In this document: piece after piece, positions 11,927 to 23,791 of the stretch
Layout: each line of letters opens with the position of its first letter
Position numbering within the stretch: position 1 is the first letter of the stretch
Assembly: GCA_000708835.1 (NCBI GenBank)
Contig: DF237446.1
Span: forward strand, 4,130 to 68,129
Origin: Klebsormidium nitens
Taxonomy: Eukaryota; Plantae; Klebsormidiophyceae
Length of the DNA: 64,000 bases
Direction: 5' to 3'
Translations under genes and position numbers: made by a program
Notes under the pieces: model-generated
The model's input: the letters and a program-made list of their open reading frames with translations, nothing else
Databases searched by the model: none
What the model was told of the DNA's origin: nothing

Positions 11927-12336
11927 ACCGGGACAATCTGCGTGCGTCATCAGTCCCGCTCAAGCACCTCACCTGCGCTCTGGGAAGTCGGAATCGGTTC
12001 TACCGCTTTCTGCAAAACCTCGAAAGCCTCGAAGCTGCTGGTACCGTTCGACAATGTGCTATTTCTAGCGTGCAACTCGACCGCGAGCATCACTTCGTCC
12101 TCTATCCTCTCTATCTCTTGACCGGGGTCGATCAACGGGTCTTCGGGACTCCCAGTTCTTACCTTCGCCCGCTCTTCGATAACTGGCTCCGGCGAAACGG
12201 GAGGAGACGCGGGGTGAAACTGCATACACGCTGGCGAACGAGAATGGCGGTATATACTCTGCCCGTCCTTGCGGGCAGTTTGCCCGAGGGAGCCCCTCAC
12301 ACTGTCGCCCACCTACAAGCGAGGCATGAGATATAA
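11927..12336 (+). CDS. Hypothetical exon/ORF, unrecognised
   Basis: After ttatttcag the frame is open for ~136 codons (RDNLRASS...HHFVLYPLYLLTGVDQRVFGTPSSYLRPLFDNWLRR...HEI*). A GC-rich promoter-like tract lies at ~11080-11230. No family recognised and no upstream exon resolved. Confidence 0.3.
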
Positions 12337-12799
12337 GAAAACGGACAGAAAACTTGCTCTGTAAAACAGGCGCTTTGGGAACCTCAAGACAGAAAGATAT
12401 GTTAGAAGAAACGCGGGTCCAAGTGAGTCTTCTGGGGAGCGTCCATGCAACAGCCGTCATGGGCTTCGGAGATGCCAGCACAGTGTGCGCTGCTTTAATC
12501 GTGCACGCTTCGGAGGTCGGTACACACCTCTGAATAAAGGCAGTAATCATCATAAGCAACAAGAATACTGCCAGCAGCCGTCAAACAACGACTTGCACCG
12601 CTGCTAACTCGATTACAGGTCCTGAAACCACCTTGTTTACATGCACGGTGCCAGTCACGGGGCAAGCAAATATCCGCCAGCGCCGCTGCCAGCTGGCACC
12701 CGTTGCAACACGAGCTCGGTCCTTGACCGCTCATGAAACGCAAAAGCTGACCTCGACTTGGAATTACTTTTACCCAGACGTTTGTTTAACCCAAGTGTT

Positions 12800-15700
12800 T
12801 TAACCCACCTTGTTCGCAAACACGTGCCACTCCACGTCCTTATGGTCCGCGAGCGCCGCCGCCAGCTGGCGCTTGTCGGGCCGCAGCGTCGGGAGCTTGC
12901 CCCGACCGTGGAACATGCGCATGCCGGTCACGAGCGATGACAGCTGGCTGCCCGGGTCGGTCATCGCAAACAGGTCGGCCGCGGAAGCTACGATGAAGTC
13001 GAGCGCCGCCAGCTGGACGGCCAGGATGCATTTGCTTTGGTAAAAAATGCTGACCAGTGCAACTTTCAGTACGAAAGTACCCGTGATAAGCAACCGGAGG
13101 CATCCATGACATGCAACCAGGATCAGTACGCAACCCGCGATAAGTAGGCAAAAGACGGGTAATTTAGCGCGGGGTTAGGGTGGATAGGGGTGCGGAACCT
13201 GTTGTACATCTGGTTAAAATCTTCGCGCAGGGTTTGGAGAATATTGTCAGTCCAGGGGGCGGAAAACTCCTGTGTCCTCGAATGGAAGCCGCTCTCGAAG
13301 AAAGCTTAATATACCAGTATAACTTGTTTACCGTCTGTAGCGTTACTCGTTGTCTGTGCTGTGGAGCTCCCACGGTGACGGACGGTTTTTGGCGCTCGTC
13401 CCCTCATTTATCCGGTTCTGCTTCCTTTCGATCTTCGTGGCTTCAGTCTCGTTCTTTTCTGAAACTTCATAACCAGGAAACAGGCAGCACAAGGAAGGAA
13501 AGGTGGCCTGAAAAGATTCGTCTTACAAGTTGAAGAATGGTAGGAACGGGCAGAGTTCGGTACCGCTTTCTGGCCCACCTTGGCTCGAGAACCGGTGAAC
13601 GGCGCCAACTCCTCCGGACTGGCTAGCTGTTCCTTAGTCACGAAATAGGGGTACAACCCCCTAAGCGGAACCAGTCTGTCGGCGCCCCCCCAGACCTCCG
13701 CGGTGGTCAGGTAGATGCGGGTGCGCCTTTTCACACCAAGCGCCGCCAGCATGAGGACAGCCTCCTCCGGGGTGAGTGGACATTGGCCCGTCTTGCGCTG
13801 GGTCTTGGGGTCGGGCGCCCTGGAAAGAAGATGCGAAAACGACTGACGTCAGCAAGCCGGAGCCTTGTGGGGCCGGAGAAAACAGCTTCTCGCTGACGTC
13901 AGCCCGGGTATCACCTGGAGTCCTCGGCTTGGACAAGGCGTATGCGTCTAGAGTCATTCCGATAATTTAAAAACAGCCAGAAATGGAGTCAAGCAGAACG
14001 CACTGAATCAGGACCTTACTTATGGGCTCTTTCAGCGCAGGAGCTGTGATGGCTGCGTAAAGGAGAGACTGAGTAGCTTATTTGATAGGTACGTCGGCCC
14101 AGTAAGAAGTGGTGCCTCGACGACGCGACAATGGTTTTGGGAGAGACCAGGCGGGACCGTCCGTGGTATCGCTTCTGGAAGTATCAGTGACAAAACAATC
14201 CTTTCAGGATGAGTGCATGATTCCAACTTGTCTCTCCGTGCGAGCAATGGCCAGGCATCGGCTATCAATGTAGACTCAACCTTTCACAACGAATTTTTTC
14301 CTTCAACATTGGGTAACGTATCGACCTTCGAACGCTGACCCCGTCACTTCGATATTAGTGAAGGTAAACAACACCACCGAGACGCTTGAGTTCAGCACAA
14401 TCTAAGAGACTCAGTTGCGTGACGACTCACTTGCCGTTCCGCTCCCACCGCGCAAGCGCCTCAAACTGCGCCTCCCTCAGTCGCCTCAGCTCTTTCCTTT
14501 CTTCCTCCCCGCCCCCAAAATCGCACATCGAAAACGCCGCCAATTTCGCCGGAAAGTTCGCATGCAGCGCCACAAACCGCACCGGCCACCGCTCCTCTTC
14601 CTCGTACCGACTCCGCTCGACATCCACCGACACCCCTAGCCGTTCCCCGGGTTTCCCGGACCCCGCCCTGCGCCCGGGTTTCTCGGGATCGGCCACCGTG
14701 ATCTCCTCCCCGACCGCCGGCGCGACACGTGTCCTCTCCGCGAGCCCCTTGGTGTCGTCACCAAGAACTAGAGCGGTCTCGACATGCACGACCTCCATTC
14801 CCTCGTCCCTCTCCAACACCGTGAGGGTTTCGTCTTTCCCGAGCTCGCGCCCCGGGCGCGCGCCGGCGCGCGCGCTCTGCTCCTGCTGCTTCCGTTTCCG
14901 CTCGTCGCGGAGCCGCTGGTTCCGCATGTACCGCTGCACCGCCTCCGGCAGATGGCTGATGTCATCATCCGCGCCCACGTCCTCTGCTAGCAGCCGGCGT
15001 TTTCCGCCACCCCTAGTTCCCACCAAAACCTCTTCGTCCCTACTTTCTACTGGCCTTCCCCTGCTTCCAGTATTCCACACAGACTCCGTGCCACTGCTCT
15101 CTTCCACATTCGCCCCGCTCGTTGTTTCCAACGCGTTTCCGCCACCCCAAGTTCCTTCTACAGCTACCCCGCTTTTAAGTTGTCCTTTGCCCCTACTTTC
15201 TACCGCACCTTCTAGCAAACCTATTATACCGTTGTTCCTATCTACTTCGGGGTCTTCCACGAGACTCTCTTGTTGGTCGTCTCTTTCCAGGGACGTAGTC
15301 CGCCCCGCCATTTGCGCCCCCAACCTCTTTACCCCCTCTTCCGTTTGCAACACGCGCCTTCGAGGGCGTTTCTCCGCCCCGAAAGCAACCCCCACTAACT
15401 CGTTTGATGTAACTGACTCCGAAGAGTCAGCTTGACTAGTCTTCCTACTCCTATACGAGTTGTATTCTGAGCTACTCGAGCGCATCCGGTCGATCAGAAG
15501 GCGACCCATGGCCTGGATACGCGGCTGGAAGCGTAGCGCATGAAAGTTCACGCGGCACCTTAGTTTCTGCAATGACAAGAGGCTGGTTTTAGGTAACCCG
15601 CTTCCCTTCAAAAAGCCAAAGGTTACGAACTCGGAGGCAGGTGCTTTGTCTTTCGAGAGTCGTTTGAAAGTACTTGCTGGTAAGCTGACCCTTGGACCTG

Positions 15701-18700
15701 TTTAGAAACAAATATTCCTTCCAGTCCTGCAAGTAAATTCCATGACAACTTCGTTTCATGGCAACACGTCGAGGCATTTTGTTGAGGCATTTTGGAACAA
15801 GATAAAGGAAACGCCTTCATAGGCCGTCCACACCAGACCCAATTGGCACCAAAAGCGAGGAATACAACGTGCGCGAAACTTCGCACTGGCAGTCGGGATA
15901 TCCCCGGCGGTAAGTAATGTCGCACATCCTCAAAAAGTGTTCTCTATACCTGGATTTCTGGAGGGATGGGGTCGAAGGCCAGTCGGTTGACGAACTGCCT
16001 CAGGTGGACCACGCGGTTGGTCCGGAGCACGGGCAGCAGCGTCTCTTCGTACAGCCGCAGGGGGGCCTCCCGAGGAAAGTCGGAGTCGTCGAACTGGGGG
16101 GGAAGATAGGGCGGGGTTCAAGATTGGGTTAAGGGGACATATGTATGTAGGAGGTGTCGCTTTGAAGTCAGAGATCGCTTCAGGGTTGATCTAAGTATGG
16201 GCGGTAGAAAAGACCTCTTTGTACGGCTTCAGGGGGGCTTCCAAAAGGATGAAGTCGGAGTCGAGGATTGGGAAAGGGTCGCAAAGGGTTGAGTTTGGGA
16301 TTAACAAGCTGCGGGGAGGTAAGACGCGATAAAGTTGAGACTGGGCCGTTCAGTGTTAGCATGGATACAAGTGTTGGTCGCACCGTCTCCTTGTGCAACC
16401 GCAAGAAAAAGAGTTGCCTGAGGAACCTGAACCAAAGCAGATGTTCAAAAGTAGGGCAGTTTGACGGATGGACAAAGAGATGCCTAAACCAGCCTTGTGG
16501 AGTGAAGGAGGAATACCCGGCTACGGGGAAGGTTGCGCACCGAAGTGGGAATCCAGGATGATCGCGAAGATGTAAGCGAAGATCCAACCCTTTGTGGTAA
16601 AGAGACAAAAGGACGCGACGCTCACAACGCTGCCTGTATTTGCCAGGTTCAGCTCGGACAGCTCGGAGGGCAGTCGGTCCACGATTCGTACGTCTGGTCG
16701 GAGGTACTCCTTGAAGTGATCCGCGCTGAAGATGTCCTCAAACTGGCTGCAAGAAAAGGGACAGAACAGTAAAGATACTGAAGGCCAGTGAAGATACTGA
16801 ACCCGCAATATGGAAAGCGCAGGTTCTGACACATTTAGTGAGTGCTCTCGGCTGAGTCAAAGTGGTTGCGGGGAAGGGGAGAGTGAGGGGCAGCTTCGGG
16901 GTGTAATCCGAAATTTCGAAGCAGCAATCAACATGCAAGTATTCCCAGATTGGCAGACAGTACACAATTTGATAATTTGCGAATGAGGCGAGATCGTCGG
17001 CAAGCTCAGCAAACGGTCAGAAAGGGCACGCTTGTTCGGAAAGTTTGCGCTTTTACCTGCCGTCAGCAACGCCGTTCTGCGGAATGAACTCCGGGAGTAC
17101 GAGCGTCAGGTTGAGATGGCGGGCGAGAGCAACGGCGTTACAGACCTGCGGAGAAAGCGCTGCGATTGGTTACTGGACGGTTGCTACAAGATTAAAATTT
17201 GGGCATCAACACTGCTCAACCATTCTAACATTGACACTGCTCACAACTGGGTCACTGCAGATAAGAGTCATCGAAGAATTGCAAGTTTTATCTATCCACG
17301 CCAAATGAAAAGACGATTCTGAACTACGGCATGAGAGTGTCCGACTGCGATCGAACGGCTGAGATCCTTCCCTTCGTAGACGATGACATGTCGCAAAACC
17401 CGAGGTCAACGTAGGAGCGATCACGGGGGAAAGAAAACGGCAGACATTAAGACCTCGCATTTTTACGCTCTGACCCGTTTCGTCGTAGGAAGACGTCCCA
17501 ATTACCGTAAGGGCTCCTCCTTCAAGACAAACTCATTGATCTTTGACGCCGAGGTACAACGGCCAGAATACTCCGTAACAAGACCCTCACCGCCACTCGT
17601 TGCTGGTTGATTCCCCCTTCCACGCTGACCAGAAGATACCCGTTCGACTCCCCCTCTAGCGGGGGCGGCACCCAGTTCCGCCCCCTCTGGTCCGCGCAGA
17701 TCTCCCACGTGCCATTCGCGGGTGTCTCGGCCCACGGACCGTGAGCGTCGGGCTTCCATTCCAACTGCAGGACAACGATGAACGGTTAGTTTTGGGGAAC
17801 GAATAGATATCCTGCTTTCCTGTGCGTCCTGACCTGAGCTCATCAACCGCTTACGCATCCTGGATCTGCTGCACAGCAGACCTGCTTTTGCAACCGTTTT
17901 TTAAGCATTTATGACCTGAAAACTTGCAAGCGACGACGTTTTACCCATAGTGTTGCCACGAAAAGGCTTATAGACAAGCCAGTGAAGAAGCGTCTCCTTA
18001 GATGAAATCAACTGAGACAACAACACATCAGGCACCCCCCTCTGGCATTCCCCGCCAGATCTGCTCAGCGCACCGTAAAAATTGACTGTTACGACCGATC
18101 TCAGCCAACGACGATGTATTCACTCAAACGAGTCAGCACAACCACAATAGAACCACGAATGCACAATGCATGAACGAGGTTCTGCAGCCCCACTTGCTCC
18201 TCAGACAACTTACCTCAGCCAACGAGTGCGCCGCCATCGCCAGCAGCCGCTCATACATCAGCCGCGCTCTAGTTCGTTTTTGCACCCGCCTATCTCGTTG
18301 CAGCTGCTTCTCTTCCGCCGGGACGTAACACGCCAACGACCCCCCTTCCGAGTTCCTCACGCACTGCACAGGGGGGTCATTTGACACGCCCCCGAACCCC
18401 TCCCGGAGGTTTGCGGCCATCGTTTCGAGCTGCGGGCCGACTTTCGTTACCGCCCAAAAATGGGTTAGCAGCGAGGTTAGCATTAACAGCACGGCGAACA
18501 ACCCCAGAACGGTGGTTAGCCGCCAGCGACCCTTCCGAAGCTTCCCGGCCGACGCGACTTTTCTCGCCTCTGTCGTTTTCGGGGAGAAATCAGCGCCATC
18601 GGAAAAGTCGAGCGTATGCGAACCTGGAGTTTTCGGCCAGTTACTCCGAACTCCGGGGGGCGTAAGCTTGACCTTGAGCATGGACTCGGCGGAACCCCCC

Positions 18701-19812
18701 CTCAGGAGACGGTTCGGGCTAGGAAAACTGGACCTCCTTCCTCCTTCCTCTGGAGAAATGTCCTCCGTCGCTGCGCGGAAATCATTCTCCGACCACGAAT
18801 TCTTGCGGCTTTTGAGGCGGCTGGCGGGAACGTACTGCGAATCGGGAGTGCCAGATGGCGAGCTGCTATTGGCCGCGCTCCGCAGGATGGGGCTCAAGCT
18901 TGGGGCGGCACTGGCCGCCCTCCGGAGGGGGGTGGTGGCACCTGGCGTCGCGGCCCCCCCAGAAGGGGGGCTTTCCGAGAAGCTGGACCGCCGCGTGCGA
19001 GACTGTGGGGAAGGGTGAAGCCGCCGGGGGGGGTTGGTCATGGAGGGATCCCAAGAGTGCCGCCGCCCCCTGGAAGCGATCCCTTCATCCCCCGCTTCTT
19101 CCAGTTCCTTTTCCTCGGGAACGATCTCGAAGGAGAGCGTTCGCACCGAGTCGCGGGTGCCCGAGAGTTGGCCCCCGGAATTTTGCCGCAGGGGGGGGGT
19201 CTGCGGCGGGAGGGGTGGTTTCCGCAGGTTTGGGGTGTCGGAACCAAACGGGCTGGCGCTGCGGAGGGGCGTTCGGTGAGGGGGCGTAACTCCGTCGGGA
19301 TTGCTCGGGAATGCGGGGATTGACAAGGTCGGAGGTGGGGGCAAGCCGGGAGCAAACCGTTGGGTGGTGACATGTGGCGAGAACGAGAGTGTGCGTTGAG
19401 GGTTCAGCTCAGGAGTGCGCGCAGTGTCTTGCGGGTGGTTCAAAGTTTGCCCTCCGGTCCGAGAGTTGAGAACGGACGGCGGGTTGTTAGCCGCTGACGT
19501 CATCAGAGGAGACCGACCCTCGCCATTAGAGTTGATGGACTCGGCAATGCTAGCGCCTTGGTGCGAACAGGCCCTTTCGCTCGGAGGTGGGAATTGCCCA
19601 CCTGGGAAAGCAGGATTTGGCGTGAGAAGGATCCCTCCAGCGTTCTGCCGTATTTGACTGAACCCAGGGCTTGCAAACTCAATTTGCGCCCCGCTCGGTT
19701 GAAATGCAAAGTCAGCTTGGGATGCTGCTGCTGCTGAAGGTTCCGCCTGGCGCTGCAGGTTCTCCCGGTCATCGTGTAGGGAACGACCCTCCTCTAGTTC
19801 CTTGTCCGCCAT
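12800..19812 (-). CDS. GT106 / O-fucosyltransferase-family (PF10250) type II membrane protein (exons 19812-18214, 17764-17591, 17145-17057, 16746-16626, 16093-15950, 15566-14431, 13819-13579, 13012-~12809)
   Basis: A TM helix is followed by [103 protein letters not shown] and GSQLSSLVTG. All junctions are phase-consistent; the extreme 3' end is unresolved. Confidence 0.9.
13177..13197 (-). repeat. Short dispersed repeat next to CCCTAAC motifs (copy 2, in an intron of the GT106 gene)
   Basis: Inverted 19/21 match to 10957-10977, flanked by GGGGTTAGGG. Confidence 0.5.
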
Positions 19813-20886
19813 GGCTGATGGCCGTAACCACTGAAGCTGCCGGTAGGGCCTGCAAGATGTGTACAAAACCTGCCGATGAATGGTGGCGGATTGCTGTTCT
19901 CATATACTTCAAGTTGGCGGCTTGATCGGTTTGTCACTGCACCGCCAATGGCATCCAAAGCGCAAGACTGAAGAGTGTTCTGATAAAGACAATAACTCAC
20001 TTTAACTTCAACATCAATTGGAGTATCGATCAGAGTGCCGCCATACAATCTAGCATGGCTGGAATTTTTGCTTTCAATCTATCTTCTCGGCAGCCTTCAT
20101 AAGGGCTCATCTCTTACCACTCTCAATCCAGACCGTGCCGGCGGAGTGCGCCCCTCCAGCTCATCTCGAAAGGCTTTTCCACAATGCAGTGAGGTGCAAA
20201 ATTGCTTCATCCATTGATGATGGCCTCTTGTCAACAACACTCCAATCAACCTGGAGGGCCGCGGCGTAGAGAGGGACTCAAGGAGGTGAGCAAAAGGAGG
20301 ACACCATGCCTGCAGCCAAGCGTTGAGCAAGAACGGAGCTGGAGAGCGGGCTGGAGTCTGGAGAATGACCTTTCCAAGAGTTGATCAATTCAGGGTCTAG
20401 CTTCCGCATGCAGAATTAAACTCGAAGAAGATTATCTACTTCTGTTGGAATTTGAGTGCCTTTTAATATCTTAGCATATACAGTCTTAATATCCCTTCTC
20501 TTTTGCAAACCAGTATTGAACTGGACGATCATTAACGTGCATTATAACTGTGTATATTCGCTTGGCTTACCAACAAAGTTCCAGGCTTATATCAGTATGT
20601 GCAGAAGAGAAATAAATCGACTTGCTGCTCACACTCGGCAGTCAGATGTACAGGAGATTGGAACGAAGGCCCAATCCTAGAAGGCGCTTGAATTTGTAGA
20701 GAGAGGGAGCCAGGCCAGCAGCATTGAGAGGTTGAGACGCGAGCAAACATTGCTCAGCAGCTAGCACAACGACTAACCAGCTGCCACCAGCTGCTTCTGT
20801 TGCACCACCTTCAGGTATATTACTTCGTAGTTTCTCCTTTGAGAAGTTTTGTCAAGCATTCGCAATACCTAGGATATAGTGGCACA

Positions 20887-22806
20887 ATGCCGACCTTGAA
20901 GCTGCAGACAAACGTCCCTGGCGACACGGTCACCACCTCTGACTTCCTGAAGGAGGCCAGCAAGGCAGTCGCGAAGATCATCGGCAAGCCGGAAGCGGTA
21001 CGTCGGTTCCTTCTCTGTCTGAACAGCTTTTTTGCCGATTGTATCTTTCTTTGCTCCTTGAGTTGGCTACAGGGTGTGAGGTTGCACATGACTGGCTGCC
21101 ACTTGTTGCGCTGCGCTGCTTGGAAAACTAAGGTGCTTAGCTCATTCTGACATCACCATGTACCATAGGGGCAACATTCACAATCTTCCCCCACCACATT
21201 CGGTGGACAGGAGGTAACAGGAAAGGAGAATCCGAGACTGCACTCAGGGGGATATACCGAACGACTGTCCTGGAGAATGGCTCCCATCCTCTACCCATGA
21301 TTGCAGCATTGCTGCATCATCTTGTGGAACGGCATCGACAGTTGATTTCATGATTCAATGTAAAGCTTTGCGTCTGCCCAACCATACCCTGGGGGGCAAG
21401 ATTCCCCCACTTCAAGTAATAGCAAAAACACCTGGAGTGGATTCAGATTGAGTTGAACTGCCCAAACCAGCCGGACTGACCACCCTGTGTTGTCGTGCAG
21501 TACGTTCTGGTCACCATACAGACTGGGGTCCCCACCACCTTTGCGTAAGTGTCAAGGCCCCATTGATGCTTTGAAAGCCCTCATCTGACCACTTATGATG
21601 ACGTCTTCCCGAAATTGTTGAAATTGATAAGGAGCATTAGAGCTTGAATTTGAATGGCTGGGCGTTAGGCTACTTTTAACTTCTGCAAAGGTATTCGCCA
21701 TGGCCCGCTTCATCTTAATTGGCACGAATGTTAAGTTTGTGGGCGGCATCCCCACTGTGGTTGTCTGGGTTCCCTGCAAACGCCCTTCTGACCATTTTAA
21801 GTAAACATCTGGAAGAACTTGAAGGCCTGTTACTCGGTCGGTTGGCCCCCAAGACGTATGCTTATCAGGCCTTTTCTATTGTACAAGTAAGCTTTGAGAC
21901 ACTGTGTACTGGCAAATTGCCAACTTGATGTGCGGGTTTCATCCCACTGATTGCAGGGGGACTGAGGAGCCCGCCGCATATGGCGAGATCATTTCCATCG
22001 GGGGCCTCAACCCCGACGTCAATCGAAAGCTGAGCGGAGCCATCGCTGAGTTGCTCCAAAAGCTGTTCAACATCCCGGCCAATAGATACTACATCAAGTT
22101 TTCTGACGTGGCAGTAAGTGCCAGCCGGCAACGTCTGGTTTTCCCGCTTGCTACTGACTGAATTTATAAGCCAGGCTCCCTTCAGATACGGGCTCGCTCT
22201 GTGGGGACCTGTTTCTTAGTAAACAAAGCGTCTTGCTGAGAGGAGGTACCCCTAGTAGCCTTCGTCGATCTCTGTCTCTGTGCTTGGAATGGGGAAGTAA
22301 GGACACAAGCAGGAGCCAGGATTGATTTCTTTCTTGTCTTCGTTGGGGCAGGCAGAAACCAGGGACCCTAGACATGTTCCCAGTTGTTTACATGCCTTGC
22401 ATCAAGGCGTACCAGGATGACGTCAGCAGTAGCAGGTTAGGTTTCGCCTCCAGGTTCGTTTGAGATCGGGGTACCCTAATCTTGAGCCGTCTGGTGTTTC
22501 CGTCTAAGTTTTATTGAAAAGGTGTTTACGTTCTGCTGCGACATGCTTTTTCCATATCTATGAAAGGTTGACTCTTCTGCATACTTAGTCTGATAAAAGC
22601 TCACATACTACTGAATAGTATCTTTCCTTTGAGATGCTCCGGCCAAGAGATATTTGCATGCTAGCCTTACAGTCATTTCAATCAGAACAAGCATCTGTAT
22701 CCAGTGGGGTTAAACAGCACTGGAGTTTTTCGTCGAGAGTATCCTGACAACATCTCTTTTTCTTTGACAGAGACCTGACTTCGGATGGAACGGGGGAACA
22801 TTTTAG
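20887..22806 (+). CDS. MIF: Macrophage migration inhibitory factor / D-dopachrome tautomerase-like protein, 115 aa (exons 20887-20997, 21501-21544, 21957-22113, 22771-22806)
   Basis: MPTLKLQTNV...IGKPEA|YVLVTIQTGVPTTFA|GTEEPAAYGEIISIGGLNPDVNRKLS...RYYIKFSDVA|RPDFGWNGGTF*. Catalytic Pro2 is present and the length is canonical. Confidence 0.95.
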
Positions 22807-23791
22807 AAAGGTCAGCGATTCGTTTGGCCAAACTTTTGAAGCACGCATACATATATAAAGTTCGTCGACTTTCTGGGTAACACGTGATTGTGAACACACC
22901 CAGGAGCATCTGTCCGGACGCATCTGTCAGCTTTCAACGAAGCCTGCTCAGAGACTCTCAGTGTTGCGGTCATATCAAAATTTCCGGACAGCTCGATCTG
23001 GTTGCTGCAAGATAATTGACTGACGTTTGGGCCTAGCAAGATTTTTTTGTATCAGGATGAGCGGGCAATTCAAACGGCTCCATGCGGCCATTCTGATTGT
23101 GCATGTCGGAATATTTAGGGACTAAGGTGCATCAAAACAGCCTGTGAACCTTATTAATGTAGCGTGCAGTCTTGCAAACTGATAAGGTCACATGCAGCGG
23201 AGTCTATATCAGCCTTCAATGCAATCAAGCGTCATCATGACGCCTCCGATCGAGTGACCAGCCTGGATTGGCAGCTAAATTTTTGTTCTAAGCTAATCAC
23301 GCATGCATAAGTTGATAATCGGATCATGAGTGACCACTACCATCCAACCGTTGAACTTGAATGAACCATTCAGCTCCGAGGCTCGAATTGGCGTTTACAT
23401 AGGGCCATGTGCAGCTGCTAGGCGCGGTCGGCCGGCAATTTTTGTATTTACCTCTCATGGTGCTCATCGCCGGGAGCATTGGCAGGCTCATGCATGTGCA
23501 CCGGACCGCGAAACAATTCAGCAGAAAGATCTGATGGTTGGCCATATATGGCATCGATGTACAATGGCTTGTCAGTGAGCGGCCCCGGCAGACGGAACAG
23601 GTTTGTCCAAAAGCGCCTATATAAAGGGCGACTTCAACACTCAAACCAGCGTGGTCTCACTCACTCGTCGGACCAGTCGTGGCATCACGCTGGCACTGAG
23701 TGATCTTCAGTAGTGCGCACATTTACGGGCATTTACCTGCTGATTGTCACCAATCCTTGTATGGCCCAACTCGAAGCACCTCCATGTCGAA

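Noticed and set aside
14386-15435. 349-aa plus-strand ORF
   Set aside because: Antisense shadow of the GC-rich GT106 exon 6; low-complexity S/P/T translation with no motifs.
18381-19657. Several overlapping plus-strand ORFs
   Set aside because: Antisense shadows of the GC-rich GT106 exon 1.
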